Source of the DNA: Leptospiraceae bacterium
Lineage (GTDB): Bacteria > Spirochaetota > Leptospiria > Leptospirales > Leptonemataceae
Assembly (NCBI GenBank): GCA_040217195.1
Contig: JAVJNR010000005.1
Span: 416,001-480,000, forward strand
Direction of reading: 5' to 3'
Length of the DNA: 64,000 bases
The translations under genes were made by a program, and so were the position numbers. Shown piece after piece: positions 28,108 through 37,652 of the stretch. Under the pieces are notes generated by a model. The model did not search any database, was not told the DNA's origin, and saw only the letters and a list, made by a program, of their open reading frames with translations. The stretch's first letter is position 1. Each line of letters opens with the position of its first letter.

Positions 28108-28551
28108 CTATTTCTTGGCAGATTTCTTGCTGGCCTTCGGAAAGCGTTCGGTCTTTTCAGTTTTTTCTGTGTCGGTATCGGCTGATCCGGCACTCTGATC
28201 TCTCACTGAGCTGATGGCGCTACGCAGTACTTCGATTCTAGTATTGTCGCCTACCTTCAGAATTATGGAGTCTGAGTCAGCCTTGATGCTGTGTACGCTT
28301 CCGATGATGCCGCCTGTAGTAATCACAGTATCTCCCTTCTTGAGGGCTGCGAGCATTTCCTTTTTTTTCTTCTCTTCTTTTCTCTGGGGCCGTATAGCGA
28401 AGAAATACATGAATGCGAATACAGCCACGATCATGATCAACATGTAGTTTCCACCGAAGAGACCACCCTGGGGCTCCCCTTTTGGGCCGGATGCTTCAGG
28501 AGCCGGCTGTGGATTGGCTGTTTGCTGTGCGATAAAAGCCTGAGGGTTCAT
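28108..28551 (-). CDS. yajC: Preprotein translocase subunit YajC
   Basis: FMYFFAIRPQRK...LKKGDTVITTGGIIG. Confidence 0.96.
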   Translation of the reverse strand: MNPQAFIAQQTANPQPAPEASGPKGEPQGGLFGGNYMLIMIVAVFAFMYFFAIRPQRKEEKKKKEMLAALKKGDTVITTGGIIGSVHSIKADSDSIILKVGDNTRIEVLRSAISSVRDQSAGSADTDTEKTEKTERFPKASKKSAKK

Positions 28552-28591
28552 GTGGCTAAACTCCGTTTATCGGGTCTGGTGGCAAGTAGAT

Positions 28592-29635
28592 TCAGCCGCC
28601 AACCGAGGTGACGCTTGCAGAGTTGTTATGGAACGATCTCCATTTTTCCAGTACCTCCATGGGCTTGCCCTGCTTCAGAGAGTCCATGCAGCGCTCATAT
28701 GAAGTCTTTAGATCTATGTCTGCATGCACCAGGTGGTAGGCTAGAGCTGCATTGGCAGCCATCATGGCATTCTCAACATCGGATCCTTTGCCTTCCAGAA
28801 TGGCCTGCACCCGTCTGGCTGATTCCCGGCGGTCCGCTACTTTCAGTCCTGCAATATCCATGGGCTGAATCCCGAAGTCTTCGGGCTTGAATTGACCCTT
28901 CTTTTCGATTCTGCCTTCTCGAATCAGGATGTAATCCGTGGGCGCAGCGATGGACAGCTCATCCAGCCCATCCCTGGAATGGATTACAAAGGCCCCTTTT
29001 CGGCCCAGGCCGGCCAGAGCATCCCCCAGGGGCTCCAGAAATCGGCCATCAAAAACTCCAATGATCTGATGGGAAACAGGAGCGGGATTGGTTATGGGGC
29101 CCAGAAGATTGAATACAGTGCGCACACCCAGGGCTTTGCGCACAGGGGCCGCAAATTTCATGGCTGGATGCCAGGTAGGTGCAAACAGAAAGCACATACC
29201 TACTTTTTCCAGACACTGGGCCACTTCCTCCGGCTGAAGGGCCATGGAAATACCCAGCTCCTCCAGCACATCCGCAGAACCGGTGGGGCTGGAAACGGCC
29301 CGATTTCCATGTTTGGCCACAGAAACACCCATGGATGCAAGCACCATGGCCGCCACTGTACTGACATTGATTATTCCGGAACTGTCACCGCCAGTTCCAC
29401 AGGTATCAAGGATGACAGAATTGGACCGCATGGGCCAGGTAACGGCTGCCTTTCGCATGGAGCGCGAAAAAGCCTCAATTTCGGTGCCCGTTTCCCCCTT
29501 GAGAGCAAGAGCTGTCAGGAAACCCGCTGTTTGAATCTCGCCTGCCTGACCACTCATGATGGCAGTCATTGCTCTGGTTGCTTCCTCGGCTGTAAGGTCT
29601 TCCCCTGCGATAATCTTCTTCAGTAGCTCCTTCAT
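28592..29635 (-). CDS. trpD: Anthranilate phosphoribosyltransferase
   Basis: DTCGTGGD, KHGNRAVSS, GSADVLE, RTVFNLLGP, DGLDE. Confidence 0.97.
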   Translation of the reverse strand: MKELLKKIIAGEDLTAEEATRAMTAIMSGQAGEIQTAGFLTALALKGETGTEIEAFSRSMRKAAVTWPMRSNSVILDTCGTGGDSSGIINVSTVAAMVLASMGVSVAKHGNRAVSSPTGSADVLEELGISMALQPEEVAQCLEKVGMCFLFAPTWHPAMKFAAPVRKALGVRTVFNLLGPITNPAPVSHQIIGVFDGRFLEPLGDALAGLGRKGAFVIHSRDGLDELSIAAPTDYILIREGRIEKKGQFKPEDFGIQPMDIAGLKVADRRESARRVQAILEGKGSDVENAMMAANAALAYHLVHADIDLKTSYERCMDSLKQGKPMEVLEKWRSFHNNSASVTSVGG

Positions 29636-29679
29636 TTTCCAGCTCTCCCTGTTTTCTTCTTCAGCTTTAATTTCCTGGC

Positions 29680-30408
29680 TTACTCTGAGTTTTCCGTGGC
29701 AGTGTCGGTGGCTACTCGGCGCTTTTTTCTATCCGGCAAAAACAGACGGAAGTTTGTAACAAAGTACCGGATACCCGAGATGATCGTAAAGATTGTAGTA
29801 AATAACATTAGATAATAGGGCACAAAACTGGACAGACCGTAAAGGACGGATTCAACGTTTCCAGCCAGAAATTCCTGCAGATTTGCCTGGGCTACATGAA
29901 TGGGCCCGATCCCTTCATCCCTGGCCTGACTGTACATTGCGTTGATAGCTCCTCTTTCCTTGTAGGACACCATCAGGAAGCTTAACAGGATGACTCCGAT
30001 GGAAAACATTTGAAAGGTAGTCTTGATCTTACCGAACATACTGGTTCGCAGACTCTTTCCTCTGTGAATTGCCAGGTATCGCAGGGCTGTAATCAGCATA
30101 TCCCGACCAACAATGCAAAGCACCATCCAGCCCTGCACCTGATCTGAAAGAAATAGAAATGTGATAAAGGCTCCCAGAACCAGAGCTTTATCCGCCAGCG
30201 GATCCATGAATTTTCCAAACTCAGTTTCCTGATTCCATTTCCTGGCCAGGTATCCATCGATTAAATCCGTAATGGATGCAAGAGCAAATAATGCGAAAGC
30301 GATAATCCTATAGGTAATATTGGGAGAGAGAATAAAATAGATAAAAAAGGGAACTGAGATTACACGAAGAGCTGTTAGAATGTTTGGAATATTCCATTGC
30401 CCTTTCAT
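29680..30408 (-). CDS. pgsA: CDP-diacylglycerol--glycerol-3-phosphate 3-phosphatidyltransferase
   Basis: NIPNILT, TDLIDGYLARK...FGKFMDPLADK, GKIKT. Confidence 0.94.
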   Translation of the reverse strand: MKGQWNIPNILTALRVISVPFFIYFILSPNITYRIIAFALFALASITDLIDGYLARKWNQETEFGKFMDPLADKALVLGAFITFLFLSDQVQGWMVLCIVGRDMLITALRYLAIHRGKSLRTSMFGKIKTTFQMFSIGVILLSFLMVSYKERGAINAMYSQARDEGIGPIHVAQANLQEFLAGNVESVLYGLSSFVPYYLMLFTTIFTIISGIRYFVTNFRLFLPDRKKRRVATDTATENSE

Positions 30409-31772
30409 TTTGCGCCTTCCTTATCGCCTGAAAGCCCGCTGCTAACCGGTATCAGTTCTCCGGACATATCGTATTCGTAGAATCCTGTAATGCGTACATT
30501 CACCAGATCCCCTGGCTGAAGATCGGAAGCAAGACCTTCCTCCGGATCTTCCAATTCTATATGTACCACTTCATCCACTTCCGGAGCATCCTGCTTTCTG
30601 CGCACCACCATGCCATCCGGAGCAATCTCGTCCACCATACATTCATAGATCTTGCCCTGACGAGTGAGATGAGTGTCTTTGAGCAGACTTAGATGATGAC
30701 TTCTAATTTCATTAACTATATCAGTGGTCTTTCCGGGCTCTGGCATTCCAGGCATATTGAAACCGGTGGTCCCCTCTTCTGGACTGTAGGCAAATAATGC
30801 TAACTTTTCAGGCTTACATTCATCCAGAAATGCATGGACTTCATCTACATCTTCCGGTCCTTCTCCAGGAAAACCCATCAACAGTGAAGTACGGATCTCC
30901 AGTCCCGGAATCTTTTCCCGAGCCAGGGAAAATAGATCAGCAAAAGATTGACGATTGCCCGCCCGATTCATGGATTTTAGCATTCTGGCAGAAGCATGCT
31001 GCACCGGACTTTCCAGATAGGGCACCAATCGAGGCAGGTCTTTCGGATTCCATCCTTCCAGAAATCTTCGGGTTCTGGCATCAGGATACAGATATAAGAG
31101 GCGAATCCAGGAAAGATTCTCCACATCATGCATTCTGGCAATTATATCCAGTAGCTTCTGAGGATCTCCACCAAAGGCATTTGTATCCTGGCTGACCAGG
31201 CAAACCTCTCGAACTCCTTCTGCAGTGAGCTCTTCAATCTCTTTAATAATTTCGGACTCTTCCCGGCTACGAAAGCTACCCCGAAAGGAGGGTATTGCAC
31301 AGAATGCACACTTTCGGTCGCAGCCTTCGCTTAATTTAACCGGTGCATAGGACTGGCCATCGTAGTCCATCCCTGAAAAAACGGAGGGCTGCAGAGGATC
31401 ATGCAGTGCCGGTGGACCGAATTTTTCATTCAGCATCTCACCGGTGCGATGATAGAGGCCGGTTCCAAAGGAAAAATCCACTTCCGGAAGTTCATCTCGG
31501 ACCGCCGCCTGGTAACGTTCCGTAAAACATCCCACCAGAATCAATTTCTGATCCGAATGCTCCTGCTTTATATCCGCCCCTTCCAGAACTGTCTGAATGG
31601 TTTCTTCGCGGGCGGATTCAATGAAAGAGCAGGAATTGATTAGATGGTAATCGGCTGTATAAGGGCTGTCTGCCGGCTCATAACCTTCGCGTAAGAGCGA
31701 TCGGTGCATCTGCCGGCTATCAGCAACATTCTTGGGACATCCAAGGGTCGTTATGAAAAACGAGCGTCCCAT
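30405..31772 (-). CDS. rimO: Ribosomal protein S12 methylthiotransferase RimO
   Basis: LGCPKN, NSCSFI, EGCDRKCAFCAIP radical-SAM motif, C-terminal TRAM (DAPEVD). Confidence 0.92.
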   Translation of the reverse strand: MGRSFFITTLGCPKNVADSRQMHRSLLREGYEPADSPYTADYHLINSCSFIESAREETIQTVLEGADIKQEHSDQKLILVGCFTERYQAAVRDELPEVDFSFGTGLYHRTGEMLNEKFGPPALHDPLQPSVFSGMDYDGQSYAPVKLSEGCDRKCAFCAIPSFRGSFRSREESEIIKEIEELTAEGVREVCLVSQDTNAFGGDPQKLLDIIARMHDVENLSWIRLLYLYPDARTRRFLEGWNPKDLPRLVPYLESPVQHASARMLKSMNRAGNRQSFADLFSLAREKIPGLEIRTSLLMGFPGEGPEDVDEVHAFLDECKPEKLALFAYSPEEGTTGFNMPGMPEPGKTTDIVNEIRSHHLSLLKDTHLTRQGKIYECMVDEIAPDGMVVRRKQDAPEVDEVVHIELEDPEEGLASDLQPGDLVNVRITGFYEYDMSGELIPVSSGLSGDKEGAK

Positions 31773-31773
31773 T

Positions 31774-32859
31774 CTATGGAGCTACCTGAATCAGCTCCTC
31801 AATTTCCTTCTTGGCTGGATCCAGTTGACCCGGAACCTTCCTGTACCGGATCTTCACAATCTTACCTGCAGGGCCTGCAAGTTTGGGTGGTGCTCCAGGA
31901 CGAATGATTCTTACGCCAGCACCGTTTCCGACTTTGATTTCCAGACTTCCAGTGGCCTCCAGAGTTCTTCGCTGCCCGGCCTTTAGATAGACACCGTTAT
32001 GTACCACCCCATCGTTCACCCACTCTATATAGGAATCCTGAATGAATTCCAGGGTTACTCGAATGATTTGTTCATCCCCCTGTCCTACTTCAGAGCCGGA
32101 TCCAGATTCAATTTGAACCCTGGCGGTAGTTTCCCCCATGGTTCTGGGTGTAACAATTAATGGTTTGGAAAGACCTGAAAGTGCCTCGGTTCCAGGATCC
32201 AGAATCACAGATTCTCCCTGTGCAGCCTCGAAGCTGTAGGGCTCACCACCATCCACGATTATCTGCACACGGGCCACGGTTCGTTCCGGACGAGTGCTAT
32301 CGATGGCTTCCAGGCACATCTTAACATTGGCACCGTCCTGGCGAAAGGTAAGTGCATTTTCATTGGTCATGGTTTCCATGCCCGGAGTCACACCTTCTGC
32401 CGGTAGAAGTATTTCTTGCAAAGATCGATCGGAACAAGCAACCTCGTCGCCGCCTCCGCCAAACTCTGGCAAAGAAACAGTACCGGTGGCAAACAATGCA
32501 ATAACGCCAATGATTACTGCTGCAGCAATTCCGCCCAGAATGTACTGTCTATCTGGCATATTGAACGAAACGGAACTGGTAGAACGAGTGAGCTCCTCCA
32601 CAGGGGATTGACTTTGATCGATTTGAATTCCGCGATACAGATTTAAGATATGATCACTATCCAGGTTCAGATACTCTGCATAACTGCGTAGAAATCCTGT
32701 GGTGTAGGTTTCGCCTGGAAACTGAGAATAATCCTCTGCCTCCAGGGCTTCAATATACTTGGGAGTCATATTGGTTTCCCGCGCAACATCGCGCACGGAA
32801 AGCTTACGACTTTCCCGGGACTCCTTTAGAATGGCTCCCACTCTTTTCGCTAATACCAT
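31774..32859 (-). CDS. rodZ: RodZ-like HTH membrane protein
   Basis: N-terminal HTH (ALE.EDY..FPG..Y..GFLRSYA.YL), one TM, C-terminal DUF4115-like (VGNGAGV). Confidence 0.88.
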   Translation of the reverse strand: MVLAKRVGAILKESRESRKLSVRDVARETNMTPKYIEALEAEDYSQFPGETYTTGFLRSYAEYLNLDSDHILNLYRGIQIDQSQSPVEELTRSTSSVSFNMPDRQYILGGIAAAVIIGVIALFATGTVSLPEFGGGGDEVACSDRSLQEILLPAEGVTPGMETMTNENALTFRQDGANVKMCLEAIDSTRPERTVARVQIIVDGGEPYSFEAAQGESVILDPGTEALSGLSKPLIVTPRTMGETTARVQIESGSGSEVGQGDEQIIRVTLEFIQDSYIEWVNDGVVHNGVYLKAGQRRTLEATGSLEIKVGNGAGVRIIRPGAPPKLAGPAGKIVKIRYRKVPGQLDPAKKEIEELIQVAP

Positions 32860-32904
32860 GGTTCTTTTTACTCCCGAAAGGGCTAATTCTATAATAGGCC
32901 GTAA

Positions 32905-33585
32905 TTATTCAACCAGTGGATTGGCCACTATCTGATCGTTATCGTCTGGCTGAAACTGGAACACTTTCCCTTCCAGCTGGATATCTGTGCGGATATTCTT
33001 CAGAGTGATGGTGGTGGTCTCACCGGTGCCGTCTGTGGCTACGGCTTTATAAACCAGAAACTTCTCTGAATCAATATAGAGCAAAATATGTTCGAAGCCG
33101 CCCACCTTTTCCTTCTGTTCCATTTCCAGAACATAGCAGGGCTTACCATCGATTTCTCTGGGCTGATTTTTCTGGTCGAATTTATAATGATACCGATTAA
33201 ACAGACGCTTTAGGCCCGGTCCCGGAGCTACAGAGAAAATATCTCGCTCCCCTTCTTTGGGCTTTAAAGTCAAATCCTGCTTACCTACTGCATTCAATCG
33301 AGCAATCTTGATCCAGAGGGTTCTTCCATCAGAGACGATTCGATTTCCGGCAGGATTATTGAAATCAAAGCTCAAATTGGCCGGCGCTTTATAGTAGGCG
33401 GTGCCGGTCATGGTCTTTCCGCCCTTGCCATTTATGGCAAAACTGGCCTGATAATTCTCAATTTTTTCGTACCGGTCCTGAACCTTTCGGGCCACCTCAG
33501 CATGAGAAAGCCGATCGTAGGGTTCGGCCATAAGAGAAAGGCTCAGAATTAGATACAATCCGGCCAGTTTAGTAAATCGTCTCAC
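32905..33585 (-). CDS. lolA: Outer-membrane lipoprotein carrier LolA family
   Basis: Signal peptide, G..YYKAP, IVSDGRTLW, FQFQP, and position after ftsK. Confidence 0.85.
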   Translation of the reverse strand: MRRFTKLAGLYLILSLSLMAEPYDRLSHAEVARKVQDRYEKIENYQASFAINGKGGKTMTGTAYYKAPANLSFDFNNPAGNRIVSDGRTLWIKIARLNAVGKQDLTLKPKEGERDIFSVAPGPGLKRLFNRYHYKFDQKNQPREIDGKPCYVLEMEQKEKVGGFEHILLYIDSEKFLVYKAVATDGTGETTTITLKNIRTDIQLEGKVFQFQPDDNDQIVANPLVE

Positions 33586-33627
33586 ACTATCCCGTTCCTC
33601 CAGTTACACCGGAGGGTCAAGGTCTTT

Positions 33628-36600
33628 TCAGTCCCGTTTCAGGATCTCTCTGGGACGATTCCCTATAGCCGGCCCCAGATAGCCCATCTGCTCCAGATTC
33701 TCAATCAGATTGGCTGCCCGGTTGTATCCAATGCGCAGTCGTCTCTGCACGTAGGATGTGGATGTTTTTCCACTTTCCAGGATAATCTTCCAGGCCTCGG
33801 ATAACAGCTCAGAATCCACGTCCTCGGATACACCTTCGGACTCCATGTCTTCTCCAGGCAATTCTACAAAGTTGGGAGATCCATGTTTGCGCGCCTCTCT
33901 CACAATATCTTCAATTTCCTCTTCAGAAACCATGGGAGACTGGATTCGCACGGGGGCTGCTGCTGTGGGGCTTTTATATAGCATATCTCCTCTGCCCAGA
34001 AGACTTTCTGCACCGTTGGAATCCAGAATAACTCTGGAATCTGTTTTCTGAGCCACCTGGAATGCGATTCGCGCAGGACAGTTGGCTTTGATCAGTGCAG
34101 TGATTACATCCACCGAAGGTCTTTGAGTGGCCATGATCAGATGAATGCCCACAGCCCTGGCTTTTTGAGTTAGTCGAATAATGGAATCTTCCACGTCCTT
34201 GGCAGACACCATCATAAGATCAGAAAGCTCATCTATGAGTACTACAACGTACGGCATAGGATCATGTTCGATTCTTCCTTCCTTTACCTTTTCATTGAAG
34301 CTTCGAATATCTCGCACCTTGCGCCTGGAAAGAATTTGGTAGCGTCTTTCCATTTCCTGCACGGCCCATTGCAGAGCCCGACTGGCCTTGCGCACATCTG
34401 TAATTACAGGATATAGTAGATGCGGAATTCCCTCATATAGTTTGAGTTCCACCATTTTGGGATCCACCATCAGGAATCGCACTTCTTCCGGGGAGCGGTT
34501 GTAAAGAATGGAAGCGATGACAGAATTCATGTACACCGATTTACCGGAACCGGTGGCTCCGGCAATCAGCAGATGGGGCAATCGGGCAAGATCCACATAC
34601 AGGTTGGAACCCGCAATGTCCTTGCCCAGAGCAATGCCCAGTTCCCGATGTCGGGCAAAGAAATTCTCATCCTTTCGGGCCAGATCACCCAGAGTTACGT
34701 TTTCCCTTACGCTGTTGGGAAGTTCGATCCCAATGGTACTTTTTCCTGGAATTGGAGCTACAATCCGGACGCTGTGAGCGGCCAGATGCATTCGTATTTC
34801 ATCTTGAATCCTCAGTAGACGATTCACTCGCACTCCGGGCTCAGGTCTCACTTCATACTGAGTAATCATAGGTCCGCGAGTGGCATGAACTACAGAAGCC
34901 TGGATTCCATAATCGCGCATTACTCCTTCCAGGCGCTCCTTTACTCCTTCAATTTCGCGAGCTACATCGTTGCGTTCTGGCCGACGAGAAAACTGTAAAA
35001 TACTGAGAGGCAGTTTATATCCTTTAAGTCCTGTAATTGGCGGAACCAGGGTTTCATTTTCTGGCTCATATACGCTTGTGCTAATTCCTTCAGACTTCTT
35101 GGCCGTAGCCGGCGGACGCGGTATGCCAGCGCTCTTAGACTCTTCAATGTCAGATGTGTGCAAATTGGCCGCTTCATCCTCCGACTGAACGTTTATCTGC
35201 TGCTCTTGCGAATCCTCTAACGGAGCTGAGCCTCGAGAGTCCAGGGACAGAGAGCTTTCGTTTCGGAAATCCGCCGCGGATTGATCCAGATCTTCTGCAT
35301 AGTCCAAATCGTGGGAATCTTCCAGAAGGGATCTGCTTTCAAGATCTGTTTCCAGAACGGCGCTTTCCTCTGAATTTGAATAGGAATCCATTTCTGAATC
35401 TGCATCCGCAGAAGGATCTTCAATGGAAACATACCCTGGTTCGTCCAGCGACACAGCCGAAGATGGCTTTTCCAGATCCAGTACACTTGAGGGAGATACG
35501 TATCGAGCCGTGGAATCTGCTATTCTAGAATCAGCACCAAGTCGAGAAATACCAGATGATCCGGAAGCGTCTGGACTCTTTCTGAGACCAGGCTCAAGCT
35601 CCAGAACTCCCAGAAAACCATCCTCCTGTCTTCTAAAAGGAGTGCTTCTCTTTCTCTGGAAATGGAAAGATCGGCCCGAACGGTCAAAGAAGCCCGGAAT
35701 GGGATTTCTACCTGGGCCGTTATCGCCATCATCCAGCTCTTCTAGAGAGTCCGCAGATTCTAGAAAGTCATCCAGGCTATGAGCCCGCTCCATGGTATTT
35801 TCTTCGCCATTCCAACCGGGATAGCCAGAACCGGGCTCTCCATTGGGACCGAACACTTCCTGCTGATGTTCCATCTCCAGAATGGACTGTTTCATAGGAT
35901 CCATGCCTGAATGGTACCGACCGGAAGCGGAGGGTCGGAAAGCCGCCTGGCGTCGCATGGGTTCTTCCTCTTCTACCACTCGTTTCTCAATCCATGGTTT
36001 CTGGCCATTCTGTTCTTTCTTTTCCCAGAAGGGTTCTTTCATTGTCTCGTCCTGATTCGAATAATCCTGATAGGTCATAGCTGTTTGTGAATTTCTGGCT
36101 GGTTGCACATGGCCGGCCATTTCGCTCCAGTCCTTCAGGGCCGCTTCTCCGGTAGTTGCTACTGGCTGATTGGCCTGTAAATCCTGGTCCTCTGTTTCTT
36201 TCACTGCAGGAGGAGGGAATAAAACATAGAGCAATCTGTGAAAACCGGTCTGACCGCCTCGTTTCATTTGATCAAATCTGCTACGGGTTAGATTAAGAAA
36301 TACCGGAAAGGGCAATCGGAAGGTGTACAGAAATCCTGGAACCAGAATACCCAGAGCCACCAGGAAAGCACCATAGGTCCCGAACAAAAAGCGAAGCAGT
36401 TCTCCTACCCGATGACCCAGAGCGCCGCCGCCACTGATGGGATCTGTGCCCTGCACGTCCGAATAGGTCATGGGAGTATAAAAATGAAAAAAAAGCGAAA
36501 GTGCAGTAACCATAGTTAGAGAGCCAAGCAGCCCTGGAACGTAGTCTTCGCTGCGCGATTGAACCAGACCGCGAAGACCCATGTAGGCCATTATTGGCCC

Positions 36601-36834
36601 CAGAATATAGGAGGCCTTTCCAAACAGAATAAACAGAAGCATGGCACCGTAATGGCCTACGGTACCGGTCCAGTTTTCTACGGTTCCTGGTTTCAGCCCC
36701 ATGGCTGCCTGATTATCATAGGATATCACAGCCAGGCTTAGAAGTAGCCCAATTAAGATAAGCAGTGAACCCAGGATCTCATTGAATCCGGGATTTGCTG
36801 CCTTCGGGGGAAGATTTGTGTCTGGTTCGGCCAT
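33628..36834 (-). CDS. ftsK: DNA translocase FtsK with a long acidic linker
   Basis: N-terminal TMs, PHLLIAGATGSGKS, IDELSDLMM, ATQRPSVD, gamma domain QRRLRIGYNRAA. Confidence 0.97.
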   Translation of the reverse strand: MAEPDTNLPPKAANPGFNEILGSLLILIGLLLSLAVISYDNQAAMGLKPGTVENWTGTVGHYGAMLLFILFGKASYILGPIMAYMGLRGLVQSRSEDYVPGLLGSLTMVTALSLFFHFYTPMTYSDVQGTDPISGGGALGHRVGELLRFLFGTYGAFLVALGILVPGFLYTFRLPFPVFLNLTRSRFDQMKRGGQTGFHRLLYVLFPPPAVKETEDQDLQANQPVATTGEAALKDWSEMAGHVQPARNSQTAMTYQDYSNQDETMKEPFWEKKEQNGQKPWIEKRVVEEEEPMRRQAAFRPSASGRYHSGMDPMKQSILEMEHQQEVFGPNGEPGSGYPGWNGEENTMERAHSLDDFLESADSLEELDDGDNGPGRNPIPGFFDRSGRSFHFQRKRSTPFRRQEDGFLGVLELEPGLRKSPDASGSSGISRLGADSRIADSTARYVSPSSVLDLEKPSSAVSLDEPGYVSIEDPSADADSEMDSYSNSEESAVLETDLESRSLLEDSHDLDYAEDLDQSAADFRNESSLSLDSRGSAPLEDSQEQQINVQSEDEAANLHTSDIEESKSAGIPRPPATAKKSEGISTSVYEPENETLVPPITGLKGYKLPLSILQFSRRPERNDVAREIEGVKERLEGVMRDYGIQASVVHATRGPMITQYEVRPEPGVRVNRLLRIQDEIRMHLAAHSVRIVAPIPGKSTIGIELPNSVRENVTLGDLARKDENFFARHRELGIALGKDIAGSNLYVDLARLPHLLIAGATGSGKSVYMNSVIASILYNRSPEEVRFLMVDPKMVELKLYEGIPHLLYPVITDVRKASRALQWAVQEMERRYQILSRRKVRDIRSFNEKVKEGRIEHDPMPYVVVLIDELSDLMMVSAKDVEDSIIRLTQKARAVGIHLIMATQRPSVDVITALIKANCPARIAFQVAQKTDSRVILDSNGAESLLGRGDMLYKSPTAAAPVRIQSPMVSEEEIEDIVREARKHGSPNFVELPGEDMESEGVSEDVDSELLSEAWKIILESGKTSTSYVQRRLRIGYNRAANLIENLEQMGYLGPAIGNRPREILKRD

Positions 36835-36966
36835 TCAGGGAATGTATCGGCCATTTGAGCGGGATTATGTTTCTAAAAATATGAATCTGATTCGGTTCGG
36901 GAGCCGCACTCCTGCAGAACATTCCAGAGTAAGCGGGCTACAGGATTGAAACCGGGACAACAGGGA

Positions 36967-37422
36967 TCAGGCCAGTCCGGTACTTCCGAATCCACCGCTG
37001 CCACGATCTGTAATGCCCAGCTCCTGGGCTGTGCTGGCAGGTTGCCACTCAACAGAGACCTCTTTTTCAAGAAGCACCTGTGCGATTCGATCCCCGTTTT
37101 CTATAACAAAATCCTGACGGTCATGATTCATTAGTATGATCTTTAGCTCGCCCCGATAGTCCGAATCAATGGTGCCGGGTGCATTCAGACAGGTGACTCC
37201 GTGGTTTAAGGCCAGCCCGCTGCGAGGGCGCACAGAAAGAAGGAAACCCCGGGGAATGGCAAAGTACAATCCGGTGGGCACTGCAAATCTCTGTCCAGGT
37301 CCAATCTTTAGATTCGTATCGGATGGCAGATGAGCGCATACATCGTACGCGGCGGCGCCTTCTGTCTTCTTCTCTGGAGGATGGGCCCCGGGAGCTTTAT
37401 AGTACTTTACCTGTTCTGCCAT
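36967..37422 (-). CDS. dut: dUTP diphosphatase
   Basis: RPRSGLA, NAPGTIDSDYRGE, GDRIAQ, RGSGGFGSTG. Confidence 0.97.
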   Translation of the reverse strand: MAEQVKYYKAPGAHPPEKKTEGAAAYDVCAHLPSDTNLKIGPGQRFAVPTGLYFAIPRGFLLSVRPRSGLALNHGVTCLNAPGTIDSDYRGELKIILMNHDRQDFVIENGDRIAQVLLEKEVSVEWQPASTAQELGITDRGSGGFGSTGLA

Positions 37423-37587
37423 GCATCAGGCTTCCGATTGTTGTTACAGAAGGCAAGGATTTAGCGCAGGAAACTCGAGTGCAAATTTCAGACTTCCAGA
37501 TTAAGGAACAGCCTGCACGAATTGGGCGCATTTCCTACCCTGCTTTTTAGACGTATTTCTCGATGTTTCGAGCCGAATCAGTGGCAT

Positions 37588-37616
37588 AAAAAAGGCCCCG
37601 AATTCCGAGGCCTTTT
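37588..37616 (-). terminator. Intrinsic terminator after pnp
   Basis: Minus strand AAAAGGCCTCGGAATTCGGGGCCTTTTTT: GC stem followed by a U-tract. Confidence 0.85.
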
Positions 37617-37652
37617 CTAGAGAATGTAATTCTCTACGTCTTTATGTAGAAA

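Noticed and set aside
28892..29626. 244-aa plus-strand ORF
   Set aside because: It is antisense to the highly conserved trpD, a typical shadow ORF.
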